Source: Octopus vulgaris (lineage: Eukaryota). From it: a DNA stretch of 64,000 nt. Location of the stretch: positions 29,512,001-29,576,000 of the forward strand of contig OX597825.1 of NCBI GenBank assembly GCA_951406725.2. Direction: 5' to 3'. A program made the position numbers and the translations under genes. Numbering within the stretch: position 1 is the first letter of the stretch; every line of letters starts with the position of its first letter. This document shows, piece by piece, positions 38,420-52,994 of the stretch. Under the pieces are notes generated by a model that was not told the DNA's origin, ran no database searches, and saw only the letters and a list, made by a program, of their open reading frames with translations.

Positions 38420-38508
38420 ACTTCCCTGAAGAAAAGATTACATTGTTTTACACCATTTTATTCCTTTGGAATAATACCAATGATATCTTCGAAACATGTG
38501 TCGGAAGT
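38420..38508 (+). ncRNA. Type I hammerhead ribozyme with canonical core and extended stem II, in a ~480-bp element ending at (TA)n (~38065-38545)
   Basis: Stem I acttcc/ggaagt; core CTGAAGA; stem II aagat/atctt plus cattg/caatg; GAA; stem III ACA tg TGT; GUC cleavage triplet (after C38502). Confidence 0.85.
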
Positions 38509-38541
38509 AAAAATATTTGAATTACACCTGCATTAAACTCC

Positions 38542-38593
<52 letters not shown>

Positions 38594-38932
38594 GTGTATA
38601 TATATATATACACACACATATACATATAAACATATATACGTAGACATACACACACACACACACACAGATAAATAGATGTAAATATATTATGCTTTCCATC
38701 ACCATCATCATCGTCATCAACAACATCATACTGGCATGATGATGATGATGATGATACTGCCTCAAATCAACTTCAACCCACACAGGTATGACTGAATGAA
38801 ATTTGAGGCGATATTCTACAGCTAGATGCCCTTCTCAAAACCAACCCTAACTTGATTTTCAATATATATATATATACATATACATATATATACATATATA
38901 TATATATATACATATATATATCTATATATATG

Positions 38933-38996
<64 letters not shown>

Positions 38997-40074
38997 TATG
39001 TATATATGAACACAGAGACACACACTTATATAAAAAATATATAACATAGAAGTTGTTCTAGTTTCCGGACTTCACCATATTTTTGTTTTCTTCCAGCTTC
39101 CACGATATATTAATCATAAATATTTTATTACATGCCATTAGCCTACTCAATAAATGTATTGGTTCTTATATAACAAAAGAGAATATTTATTTCATAGGTA
39201 TTAAGATATTTTATTTATTTATTAATTTTTTTTTTCTCTCTTTTGCAGGTATGTATTATTTGATATCATCATCTCCAACAATACTGGCTGTTTTCCTGCG
39301 AGTAACTTAGATAAGTAAATGAAAGCTGTTTTTATTCTTCAGCTAATGCACGTTTTGATGTTGGAAAATGTTCATCGTTAATGACAACATAGTTTCTGAT
39401 AATCAAATCATACTTGAGTACAAATTAGAATATAACGTGATTGTTTAGAAAAAGAATGAAATTATATGTGATAGAAAAAAAAAGCATCAAATTTATTCTG
39501 CTTTCAGGTAGAGCAAGCAATTTAACCCTTTCACTTAATTTTACATTTTTATTTATTTATTTATTTATTTTTTTGACTGGTTGATGCTGATCATCATCAT
39601 CATCATCATCATTGATATCATCAACATTCTCATAATCATCATCACCTTCTTCCTGCTCTTCCTGATCAATATCATCATAATCATCATGCTTGGTTTTCAA
39701 TATTAGTATTATTAGATTTTTTCACCACCACCACCACCACCACCACCACCACTATACTCACCTTACACACACACACATACATATACAAGCTTTTATGTTC
39801 TAATTCTGTTTTCGGTGTTTGTTGGCCCGCCTCTGATCTCCGTTGTGTTGCTGACTCTGTTAACACAGCAATGTAGGCACCGCTGCCGAAATTCACTCTA
39901 TTGCATTAAGACAGCGATAAAAGGAAATCATTACAATGTTTTTGTTATATTTTCTGCTCTAAACATGAAACAAATTGATATTTAATATATTGATTTCTAA
40001 ATGTAAAATACAAGGCCTAGTTTTTTAGGGGACATGTGTCAATTGAATTGACACCAGTATGTGTGTATCTGCAT

Positions 40075-40088
40075 AAATATATATATGC

Positions 40089-40148
<60 letters not shown>

Positions 40149-40275
40149 TGCATATATATACACATATATGTATGCATATATATACACATATATATATGTA
40201 TGTATGTATGTATATATATATATATATATATATACATATATGTATGCATACATATATATATGTATATATGCATAC

Positions 40276-40324
<49 letters not shown>

Positions 40325-40801
40325 TACATGTATATATATGCATACATATATATATATAAATATATAAATATACGCATACGTTTTCATATATGCACATATA
40401 TATATACCATATACAAAATTATGTATATATATATATATGTGCATACTAATGTACATGTAAACATACATATATATATAAACTTATATTTACATGAATATAG
40501 TTATCTATATATCTATCTATATGTGTGTGTATACGTGTGTGTGTGTCGTGTGAGTGTGTTGTGTGTGTGTGTGTGTGTTGTGTTTGTGTGTGCATGTGAA
40601 TATAAATGTTTATATATAGATGTATGTATGTATACCAAACTGTAAAATTATATTATCAGAAAATTAAATTGATTAGAACTACCACTGAAGTCATTCTTTT
40701 CCTTTTACAAATATATGTATATAAGTATGCATGTATGTTTCTATATATATATATATATGATATATATGTATAGATATATATTTATACACACATACATATG
40801 T

Positions 40802-40861
<60 letters not shown>

Positions 40862-40940
40862 GCATATACATACCTGTGTATAAATACATACAGAAACATA
40901 CATCAATACATATATGGAGACATACATATATACGTATACA
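40075..40940. repeat. Compound (TA)n/(CATA)n/(TG)n microsatellite tract
   Basis: Directly visible; source of the YIYI ORFs. Confidence 0.9.
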
Positions 40941-43544
40941 TATTTACTGATCATTATTATTTATTGATTTTACTTACATATATATACAAAGTTTGTGTCT
41001 TTAGTTAACCCACCATGTAACTGATTCTTATTTAATCAATTCAGTAAGATCAAAAGTTATATCTGACAGTAGCAAAATTTGAGCACGAAACACCGAAGGG
41101 ATGAACTTTAAGTTCTTCAAGGGATTTCTGCTAACTTGCTATCCTTAATCGGTGTATACAAAATATTACAAAACAGAATCTAATAATAAAATCTAATAGA
41201 ATGGAAATCTACTGGATATCTATCTAGTGACTTGTGAAAATTGGTTGTATAAGAGCAGAAAGATTTATTTAGGGTTATGCAAAGATAAATTTAAAAATCA
41301 CAGGCTGTTTTTATTACATTTCTTACTTCCTGCATTCATTCATTGATTCAAGTGAGCTAAGTTAAAGTGGCTAGGATTCAGGATCAAATATAGATTAAAA
41401 ATACAGCTGAAAGATGAAATGAAGTGCTACACGAAATCTTGGTGAAATCCTATTTTCCTGAGCTCAGCAAAGTTATCCAAGATAAAACGCTGTACGTACC
41501 TTTTAACCTGACTAAAATAATCAATAAGCATTGTTGGAATTCTGAATAATGCATTTCAGTTTCTGTCAGAATATATCTCATCACTTGACAGAGACATGAA
41601 AAGGTTAACGATGAGGAAGAGGAGGAGGAGCGGAAAGCGAAGAATGTAAATAAGTAAACAAACAGTTATTTGTCGCACACCTTGTAACAAGTGATTATGT
41701 ACTGAGAATTAGTTCTCAGAACCAAAATCCAAGCACAGGCCTCTACTACTTCTACTGTTTCTACTACCGCCACCATCACTTCTGTCACTGACTCAGGTAA
41801 ATTCTTGCGCAAGAAGCAAATACATGTCATTATTACATGTGAATATAATTATCATAGTTAAAAGCTCATTGACAGTTACCTGTCAGCATGTCTATCAATC
41901 TATTGATCTACCTGCCCCTTATGTCTCTTGCTGATCCCTGTTATCCACAATCAGACCTGGGTTTAAAATTATTGTCATGGCTTTAATGGAATAATCAAAT
42001 TACATATACATGTGTAATTTGTACAATTATATCCTGTGTGTGTGCACGTGTGTCTGTGTATAAATACAAATACGTGCCCATATGTATCATCATCGTTGTC
42101 ATCATCATCATTGTCATCATCATTTAACGTCCGTTTACCATGCTGGTATGAGTTGGATGGTTGGCCAGGAACTGACAAGTTAAAAGATTGCTCCAAGCTC
42201 TACTGTCTGCTTTGACATTGTTCCTAAGAAACGATGCCCTTTCTAGCACCAACCACCTTACAGAGTGTACTGGGAACTATTTATGCAAGCATCAGCAAGA
42301 GTGAGGTCACTATATAGCTTACAAGGTGAAACCCTCACCTCATCTGAAGCAGGAGCAGTGATGAAGGAGGTGGCTTTGTGCCAGGTGATGACAAGTTAGT
42401 GTATGAAGAGAGGGGGACACAAGTAGGTGTCATGACTACCTCAGCAGGAAAGAGAAAGGGGAGAGAGGGGGAAGAGAAGCTGGTGAACATGTAACAGATG
42501 TATATGTGTACTAAATAAAAATATATAGCATATATATATAACATATATTTAAAAAATAATTTTTATAGAAATTATATAATATATACATATATATATTTAG
42601 ATATATATATTTATATATTTATTTATATATATATATATATATATACCACACATTTTATAGAAATTATATATAAATACATACATTATATATGTATACATGA
42701 GTTTGTGTGTGTGGTGGTGGGGTGTTTGTGCAGGTGTCTAATATGTGCATAGATGAGAAACCTTACATAATGCAGAAATGTGTTCTGTTCACCAGACATG
42801 TCAGCAAATAATTTCCATTATGTCATGTTAAAAAGAACTTTTATGAAAAGAAAAGCCTCACAATTTCGTATTAACTAATGTTTTTTCTGTTTCTATACCA
42901 TCGATGTTTTTGTTTCTCTTATGTAAAATGTCATTTTCTTTGAGAAAAAATATAAAGAGGAAAGAAAAACTGATGTATTTTACAATCAGTTTAGCCACTT
43001 ATGTGGAACACTCTTAGTTTTACTGGAGAAATAATAATTTCTTCCATAGAAACAAAACTGTAATTGCTGTTTGTATTGTTCTTCATTTAGTCCCTGGTCA
43101 ATCCTGACTGAAATAACCTATAAGGCAGTCCAGCCATGCTCATGCATGTTGATTTCTTTTGTCCTCCATGTGAGCAGCCATGTACCACTTCTACAGTGAA
43201 AAATCCTGTTTTGGCTCTTATTCATTTATTTATTCATTCATTTATTTATTTATTTTTCTTGCAATCACCTTGCATGAAGTTGCCTTCCTCTCTAGTTTAG
43301 TCTCAATTGGTCAAAAAGGAATTATATGTCTTGTGAGCTATGGTACAGTGAGAAAATAGCACCCAGAACTCACTAACATGTGGTTGGCAATAGGAGGGAC
43401 ATCCAGCTGTAGAAACCATACCAAAGAACACGTTGAAGTATGACATAGTCTGCCAACCTGTTGCATCCTGTTGAGTCATCCAACACATACCAGCATGGAG
43501 GATAAATATTGGAAGATAATGATATTGATGGTGATGTTAATAAT

Positions 43545-43903
43545 GGCACAGAAGTGGCTGTATGGTAAGTAGCTTGCTTACTAACCACATGGTTGTGGGT
43601 TCAGTCCCACTGCGTGGCACCTTGGGCAAGTGTCTTCTACTATAGCCTCAGGCCGACCAAAGCCTTATGAGTGGATTTGGTAGATGGTAACTGAAAGAAG
43701 CCCATCGTATATATATATATATATGTTTGTGTATCTGTGTTTGTTCCCCCAACATCACTTGACAACCAATGGTTGATTTGGCAAGTGAGACCGATAGAAT
43801 AAGTACTAGGCTTACAAAGAATAAGTCCTGGGGTCGATTTGCTCGACTAAAGGCGGAGCTCCAGCATGGCCGCAGTCAAATGACTGAAACAAAATAAAAG
43901 AAT
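43545..43903 (+). mobile_element. SINE family A, full length
   Basis: gtggctgtatggtaagtagcttgct..gggttcagtcccactgcgtggcaccttgggcaagtgtcttctactatagcc..ccagcatggccgcagtcaaatgactgaaac. Confidence 0.9.
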
Positions 43904-44948
43904 AATTACAATGATGATGACTATGTTGATACAAACAAAAAAGATTATTCAATTCCTGTGTCTATCACTTCATTATTCAATAGTAGGATGTGATTTACAG
44001 GAGATTTAGTTACTATTTCTTCCAGGTCAAATCACCAATTAGACATTCCTTCATTGTTTTGTACTTTAAAAGGAGGAATCCAGAAGCAGTCAGTTAAATA
44101 AACCTACAATGCATTATTGGTATTCGTGTCATAAAACCTGGAGTTTGAAAGACAAAATAGAATATTGTCAGTATTTGAAATCCAATTATAAAGAACCAGA
44201 AATCCTCACCATTACAACTTTTAAACCAGTTCTACTTTTTCAACCATTCAAATGGCTTTATATGAGGAATTGGTGTTTATTAGAGGTAATGCAATCTGGG
44301 CTAAATGTATGCATCATTATGCACTGAAACCTGAATCATTGTTATATATTGTCATTGTTTTAATGCCCATTTTACTGTATTAACAAGGAATGAATGCCAT
44401 ACAAACTAATTGCATTTATACTCTATTATTTTGTCGGTGAGACCTAATTTTCTCAAATCTGACCCCATACTTATTTATCTGCAGATCATCTCGGGGTCTC
44501 TTCCTTTGTTTTTATCTTTGACTCTCTCTGTCTCTTTTTACCCCTACTCTCTTACTCCCCTGCTTCAATATATTTTGCTGTCAACTCATACAATGCATTT
44601 TTTAATCATCATATATTAGAATATGATAATTACTACCGAAAATGCCTATTAAGAAAACTAATTTTACAGCTGAAGTGGTACTAAACTTGCTGCCATAACA
44701 CAATAATTAAATTGCTTCCAGGTATAATCAAATCCCAACAGCACAATTTAATTCAATATCAAAACCATTGCTTTCTTTCAATATTTTGTATCTGATGATG
44801 ATGATGATGGTGGCAACAAAGTAGCAGAAACAGCAAAGCTTTGTAAATAGCACCTTGTTATATTTACACTCATCCCTTTATATTTTGAATGAAAATTCAG
44901 CCAAGTTCAAAGTTGCTGTCCATTCTTTTAGATTTTATAAAGTAAGCA

Positions 44949-45170
44949 CCTATTTCTTTACTACCCACAAGGGGCTATACACAGAGGGGACAAACAAGGA
45001 CAGACAAGGATTAAGTCAATTACATCGACCCCAGTGTGTAACTGGTACTTGTTTAATCGACCCTGAAAGGATGAAAGGCAAAGTCGAATTTGAACTCAGA
45101 ACATAGCGGCAGACGAAATACCTCTAAACATTTCGCCTGGCATGCTAACGTTTCTACCAGCTCACCACCT
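44949..45170 (-). mobile_element. SINE family B
   Basis: Reverse complement of the 28442-type head and body. Confidence 0.85.
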
Positions 45171-45548
45171 CATATATAAAGTAAGTACCATTGAAGTATT
45201 AGGTTCAGCCTTGTTCAAAAACCAATGTTGTGTGTATTGACAATGATACAACTGATGGGCAATTACTTGGCAGTAGATTCTTCTTTGAATATTGTATTTA
45301 TTTCAGGATACGTATCTTCTTTCTGTCTTTTGCTGTCGTAGTATTCCATGAAGTTTCTGATGGGTGGGACATTATATAAGAGTATTTACTTTGTTGCTTA
45401 TGCTTATTTCACTGTAAAATCGTTGGTCTTAAGAAGAGCATCCAGCTTAAAGGAAACTTTGCATAAGTGAATAAATAATGGAACGCGATAGAGTTCTTGG
45501 ACCTGTCAAACTGTTTAACCATGCCAGTATGGGACATTGGCATTTAAT

Positions 45549-45567
45549 AATGATGATGTCAACGATT

Positions 45568-45628
<61 letters not shown>

Positions 45629-45631
45629 TGG

Positions 45632-45726
<95 letters not shown>
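45549..45726. repeat. (GAT)n microsatellite (expanded retroposon tail)
   Basis: Follows aaccatgccagtatgg..catttaa, the 3' end of the RTE-type tail family. Confidence 0.9.
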
Positions 45727-45728
<2 letters not shown>

Positions 45729-46521
45729 TGCTTTTGCCATGATTGACATGAAATCTAAAGAACTAAAGAAGGAATCGTAAGATTTGTGCTTTCTGCTCGG
45801 TCATTAACTTCTTTAAATGAAGTGAGATGCCTACAACTGGGGGAATAAAACAAACCCCTAACAAAACTCAAAACCATTTACTTGGATGCTAATCTACTCA
45901 GTGATACTTCTATTGCTGCTAGTTATTATCAGACATTTGTTATTAGCTTCTATATACCTAGCTAAATATTTGGTACTTACCCAGCTTTATAATGGAAGAT
46001 ATAGATAATATACACAACTTTAGTTGAAGAGCATCATATTTACTACTATGTATCTAACAAAAGATTTGGTGCCGGTCATACACAGGTTTAATTTATCTAA
46101 GGATACCTGATTTGCTTTTATCTACACAGCTAAAGATTTGGTACTTGTCCTATATTATACTGTCACAGATCATTACAATATAAACTAAGATTCATAAGAA
46201 GAAGCTTACATTCAGCCAAGGTGTTTAATAAATTTGTTATTGAATGCAGGTGAAAAACATGAAATTGGATACTTGCATTGAAACACTTATGCTACACACA
46301 CACACACACATACACAAACACACACTCTTGCCTGCACACACATACACTTATTATACATCTACAAACAAGTAGAAGCAGGCAAAATTAGTTTGAAATGCAG
46401 TTTATTTATTTATAATATATATTTAAATTATTTAGATTATTTATGTATTTATTTTTATATATAAATAATGATTTATTATATAAATATATAAATTATAAAA
46501 GTATATTTATATATAAATATT

Positions 46522-46580
<59 letters not shown>

Positions 46581-48287
46581 CTATTTATATATAGATATTT
46601 GAATTTTTTATATATATATTTATATATAAATATAAATAACAATTTATATATTTCATCAATTTTATAATATCCATAAGCAATATTTGTATGATAGTTCAAA
46701 GAAAAAGTTACTTTTCAAATTATTTCCAACAGTATAGCATTAAAATTAGAATCAGATTAATTCCAATTTAAATCTCAAATTACTAATTTTGGTAAAAATG
46801 TATCAGAACTAAAAGCTTATAAAAATTTTTGAAACGTAAAATAAAAATTAATTTAATTTTTTTAATTACCATTTTGATACAATTGCTCATATTTTGAGAA
46901 ATAAACTCATAAAATATTTTGTTTGAATATAACAAAATCCTAAAACATGAACGCTGGCATGATGTTGCCATAAAAATTGCTATGCCATGTTTGCTATCAC
47001 CAAGTTCTTGTTCTTTCAGTGGGTTTCTTTCTCGTTCTGTAATATGGTTTTAGTATTGCATTAAGAATTTGATATATGTCTCTATTACTTTCTCTTGCAA
47101 CCGTTTTCTTTGTTTCCCAGAGACACAACACAATTCACATTACTACTACCATCCACTCACTTCTGAGCAAAACAATATAATTTCCTCATTGAGAACAACA
47201 ACTTACTTTTAATTGAGTCTATATCATTGATAGATATTAAGCAGTCTGATATTTTCTGAAGAAATCGTGCAGTAATCCAGGCATTTTCTTCTGAATTTCC
47301 AAATGCCATTTTTACAGCAGATAACAGCTGTTAAGCTTATTTTCCTTTTCATCTTTGGCATTGCTTGTTCTTTATTTCTTTCACACAGACACACATTTGT
47401 GTGTATATGTATATATATATATATATATATATGGACATACAAACTAGTGTTTATTCTTATTTTTCCAACATATAATTTATATATATACTTACATACATAT
47501 ATACTCATATACATGCATATACATGTATGTGTATGTGTGTGTACATATATACATACATACAAATATATATGTATATATATACCTATATATATGTATGTGT
47601 ACAAAATATGTGTGTGTATGCATCTGTGTTTTGTGTGCACATAACCACACATAATTAAGGTACTGATTCTTTTGAAGATTTCCTTTTGAAGTTTTGTTAT
47701 GATCTTATTAAGAATAAAACCCTATCAACAATCCACATTAAATGCATGCTATCATTACATTGGAAGTATGCAGTAAGGAGAACACTGCAAGCCCAAGTAC
47801 TTAATATCTTTAGAATTCTCATATTCTCTTTTCAATCGGAAAAAAAACAAAAACAAAAAGACATTCTTTCTGTCACTTAGACAAATATCTATGGGCTTTG
47901 TTTTTCAAGCAGTGAATGAAAGTATCCTAACATGTTGCTTATGTACCTATAAATAATTCATAAATTATTTATAAATTATTCAACTAATTATATATTTATC
48001 GTTGGCTATATACATGCATATAGATATCTCAACTTGACTGAGTTAATAAACTGTTCAATAATGGATCATAGAAGCTCATGAAACCAGTGCTAGAACTGCT
48101 TGAATTTTCATATTCAAGACACTTGACTATAAAGCAATCATAGGCATTACAGAGATGTACTTGCATAGCAAGTGACCTGATCTGAGATTGTGTGCTGGAA
48201 CGAAAACAATTGCAGTGTGGAAGGTGCTTATAAGCCATTTAAGAAACACACAAAAACCGTTAGATACACTTCAACATTTAAATTTAA

Positions 48288-48338
48288 TTTGCCAAAATAT
48301 TTTCGTCGCTTTGAGACCGTGACCTGTTCACTGACAAA
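48288..48338 (-). ncRNA. Minimal type I hammerhead-like motif, G3-C8 compensatory core variant
   Basis: Minus strand: tttgtca | GTGAACA g GTCaC ggtctcaaa GcGAC | GAA AATATT T | tggcaaa. 7-bp stem I with one G-U; palindromic stem III AATATT. Confidence 0.65.
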
Positions 48339-48444
48339 ATTCTGTGCTGCATCATTGGCCCTTATTTGTAAATAAATTGCACAACAGATGTCACCATGTG
48401 TTGTAAGCAGAAGGAACACTTTTCAATGCAGAATATTTCATATA

Positions 48445-48848
48445 GGCATAGGAGTGGCTGTGTGGTAAGTAGCTTGCTTATGAACCACTTGGTTTCAGGT
48501 TCAGTCCCACTGTATGGCACCTTGGGCAAGTGTCTTCTACTATAGCATCAGGCCAACCAAAGTCTTGTGAATGGATTTGGTAGATGGAAACTGAAAGAAG
48601 CCCGTCGTATATATGTATATACATATGTGTGTGTGTGTATGTTTGTGTGTCTCTGTTTGTCCCCTCAACATCGCTTGAAAACCAATGCTAGTGTGTTTAC
48701 GTTCCTGTAACTTAGCGGTTCAGCAAAAGAGACTGATAGAATAAGTACTAGGCTTACAAAGAATAAGTCCTGGGGCCAATTTGCTCGACTAAAGGCGTTG
48801 CTCCAGCATGGCCACAGTCACATGACTGAAACAAGTAAAAGAGTAAAA
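48445..48848 (+). mobile_element. SINE family A, full length
   Basis: ggcataggagtggctgtgtggtaagtagcttgct...gaaacaagtaaaagagtaaaa. Confidence 0.9.
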
Positions 48849-48851
48849 GGG

Positions 48852-48882
<31 letters not shown>

Positions 48883-48883
<1 letters not shown>

Positions 48884-48984
48884 GAGAGAGAGAGAAAGAC
48901 AGAGAGAGAAAGACAGAGAGAGAAAGACAGAGAGAGAGAAAGAGAGAGAGAGAAATAATGAGATAGATAGATAGATAGATAGAT

Positions 48985-49069
<85 letters not shown>
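48883..49069. repeat. (GA)n and (GATA)n microsatellites
   Basis: Directly visible. Confidence 0.95.
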
Positions 49070-52000
49070 TGTAAAATGATGATGGCTTATCTCAGTTTTT
49101 GTCTACTGAAATCACACACATAGAACTGGTTAGTCCAGGACTACAGTAGACAAAAGGTGTCATGTGTTGGGAATGAACCCAGAACCACGGGGTTGAAAAG
49201 GAAACTTAATCACAAGCTCATACCCATGCTTTATTGAAAAGATTTGCTCCAAATGCATTGCCATGGAAACAGAGTTTGCATTATGTCTCAACAACCAAAT
49301 ATATTTTCTTATTTACCATTAAATAATGTATTTAAATGCCAACTATCTATTGTTAGGAGGTTAAGTTCATTGAAAAGAATTTAGTTGTTGCTACTTCTGT
49401 TGATTTACATGTTTAATGTCTTTTGGAAAATGTCTGAACATCACAACTAGCATTTTCCATTTCCTCTAAAATAAATCTTTAAGTTACATGCCAATCTAGA
49501 GAAGGCGACGAGAAAGCACACTGAGCCATAGAAATGGAAATTTTGTAAATGTATCAGCTATAAACTAATATAATACTTAAGCAGCAATACATTAAAAGAA
49601 ATACAATGAAAAGTTTTAATTCATTTAGCATTCAGTGTATCATTTGCATGTGATAATTAGGAATTCAAAATTAGCTTCTGATTCAAAAGAAAAAAACAAA
49701 ACAAAAATAACTAACTAAATAAATAAACAAGGAAATATTCAAAGCTATTTTCCATTTTATAATTATGGAAATATAAATATCTTCTAGGTAAATAGTTAAG
49801 AATTTACTTCACTTTAAATTGTAATAGAAGCAAAGATAACTTTTAGATTGAAATCATGTGAAATAATGCATAGTAAAATATGGCATTGTTCTTATAGTTC
49901 CTGTTTTTGTCATTCAGGCTATATCTAATTTAGAATTTCTACAACCATTATCGTATCAACCTATTCTTAATAGTCGTTTCAAAAAATATTTCTGCATTTC
50001 AATAATTGTGTAAATGGAGGAATTAAGACACCAGATAGTTTTCTTAATTTTTAATTTTATATTTAATGATTTTTATTTGATGTAAAATATACATATATCA
50101 CTTCCAGGATGTTATTATTATGCTAAAAAAAGACAATTTTTAATGCAGACATATAATAGCAGATAATAGCTGAATGTAAATATGAATTTATAAAATAATT
50201 AGTGTCACTTTTATTGCATAGTATTAGCTGAAATATGATCCAAATTAGCAATACTTAGCACCATAACTCATCCTAATAAAACATATCTCATTGTACATAG
50301 AATATATGTACAGTAGGATATTATTAACATCACCATCTAATAAATGTCACTACTAGACAGATTGCAAAAACCGACAAAAATAGTTTGATTAAAAATATCA
50401 TTATAATATTGCTGAAAAGGAATCATTACACCAAAATAATGCAATAAAGTTTTTTTTGTTTTCTTTTTGGTCATCCCTTTTTAAGCTGTTGGCATTTTTA
50501 TGTTTAGGTATCGATCTTCTTATCTGTGGTAATTGATGGCTGTTTTATGTTGAAGCATTGATGATAGACTTATGTTACTGCACTCAACTGCAAGCTGCTT
50601 TTGGTGAATTGAAACACAGCCATAATTGTTGAGCTGGTACTACACATCCTCAATTGCCTGTTATTAAGGAGACTTCTAAGCCAGTGCTAATTCACTGAAC
50701 GTTTATGACCAACTCATAGATCTAGTGCTGTAAATATAGATATACTGCCCTGCATGAAGACCACCACTATTTGCTCAACAATCTAGATCTGAATGTAACA
50801 TTTAATTATTTAAGACTTAAAATTTATGCTTCATACTTTAAGAATGTTAGCACATATATGAACAAAGAATTGTCTGTTACATTGCTGATCAGACAACCAG
50901 CTTTGACCATCATGCAAGACAGCTAATATATTAAGAGTTCTAGGCCTACGAATTGGTCATAAACTCACTATCAGCTCCTACTGGTTCAAACGTTTCCTTA
51001 ATAACAAGCAATTAGGCATATTTAGCACCAGCTCAGCAACCACAACTGTTTCAAACGAACAGTTAAAAATCTTCTTTGATATTATCATCATCAGAATCAT
51101 TATTGTTTTAGTGCCCACAATCCCATGCTTGCATGGATCAGATAGAATTTGTTATGGCAGATTTTCTACAGCTGTATGCCTTTCCTGTTGCTATCTTTCA
51201 CCTGTTTCCAAGCAAGGTGATATTTCTTCATCAACCAATATATTTTTCACAAAGGATTTAAAACACGCAGCACTACTTATATGATAAAGCTCACTTACAA
51301 CTATCACATGGGGCAAAAACAAGGAGATACAAAGGTACATATACGTCTTTACGCACACTCAGATTCATACACATATGCACATACACATACACACACGTAC
51401 ACAAGGCATCTTTCAGTTTCTGTCTATCAAGTACACCCTCAGGTCTTTGGTCAACCTGGGGCTAGAGTAGAAGATATAACACTGTAGAACTGAACCTAAA
51501 ACCATATGGTTGTGATGTGAACTTGTTAACCACACAGCCAATAAAAGAATTTTGCTTTGCTGTTACGCAAATTAGACATGTTATTTCATGTTCCACAATC
51601 ATCCTAGCACAAAGATAGGGTCACCCAAATTTTATATTATTTGACAGAATTACATTAAGTTGCACAGTCAGCTTTAAAAAGTATGCACTCCATGAATTTA
51701 TTTGTACATATCAGAAGCAGAACAACTATCCAAAGCGCTCTAACATAGAAGAGCCAAATTGCATCTCATTACCATTATTTTAACATCCATTTCACCATGC
51801 TGACAAGGGTTGTCTGGGTAAAGATTAAAGATAATCTGTAGTTTTTTACTTCAGTGAGATCTAATGAAGCATTTGTGTTTATTTGATCAAGATCAGTGAC
51901 TGGTTTTTGTTTATCAAACGAAAGATGATAAAATTAAATGTATTATTACATTAGTAAAAGTGAGTTCAGAAAAGCAAGTGATGCAGTAAGGTTGGCATTG

Positions 52001-52269
52001 ATATGTAGTTGTAACTCTGGATAACGTGAAGTAAGAATATGTTGTAGGTTGTAGGTTGGTTGTAGAAAGTATTTGTAATAGAGGTAGGATATTGAGGATT
52101 TAAAAAAAAAAAAAAGAAACAAAGAAAAAGGGAAGGCTAGCTCAGACATGGAATTTAGTATCTGATCATTTGGTTTAACAACAGGCTGAGACTCATAACA
52201 AGATGGTGAATTGCAAATCTGTTCCAACTCATGCCAACACAGTAAAACAGACATTACGTTACAAAGTTG

Positions 52270-52335
52270 GTGATGATGATGATAAGGATGAAAATGATGA
52301 TGATAACGACAATGACAATGATGATAATAATAATA

Positions 52336-52404
<69 letters not shown>

Positions 52405-52504
52405 GTGGTGGTGGTGGTGGTGTTATCGTTGATGGTGATGATGGATACGATGTTGAAGATGACGCGTATGACAAAGATGAAGATGATTATGATGACTGCA
52501 ATGG

Positions 52505-52536
<32 letters not shown>

Positions 52537-52580
52537 TTGACGATGACGATGACGACGACGACAACAATAATGATAACGAT
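52270..52580. repeat. (GAT)n-rich microsatellite
   Basis: Directly visible; source of the poly-D/M/S ORFs. Confidence 0.95.
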
Positions 52581-52994
52581 TCAATACTACAAATGCTATA
52601 CATATACAGGTTCATTACAATGAATTGGTCAATAAAAGTGTTGGCTCTTTAACAGTGCTTTATGCGTATATGCTATTAATGAAGTGGTGAGTAAGTACTG
52701 TTTTATTGATAAAAAACATCTTTAGAAAACATTTCTATATACTGAATATAAAAGAAGTCATGGAATATGTAGGTGATTATCAGACAGAGAAAATAACAAA
52801 CTAACAAACCCAGAGTGAAGTTCACCATTGGTAGAGTTTCACCTGGTGCGTGCCAATGTCCTTTTATCGTTTTTTTTCTTTCTTTTTTAGTTTGTTTAAT
52901 TTCTTTTGGTTTACATTGTATTCAATATAATCAAGGTGTGTTAATTGAACAGTCATAGGTTAGTAATCCATCCATCCATTCAAGAAGACGTCTC

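Noticed and set aside
40025-41008. YIYI/CVCV/HTHT ORFs here and throughout the window
   Set aside because: Dinucleotide repeats that lack stop codons; no coding signal.
41720-41796. Ser/Thr-rich candidate exon ending at cag|gtaaat
   Set aside because: Weak acceptor, 77 nt, low-complexity (CTA/CCA) sequence; insufficient support.
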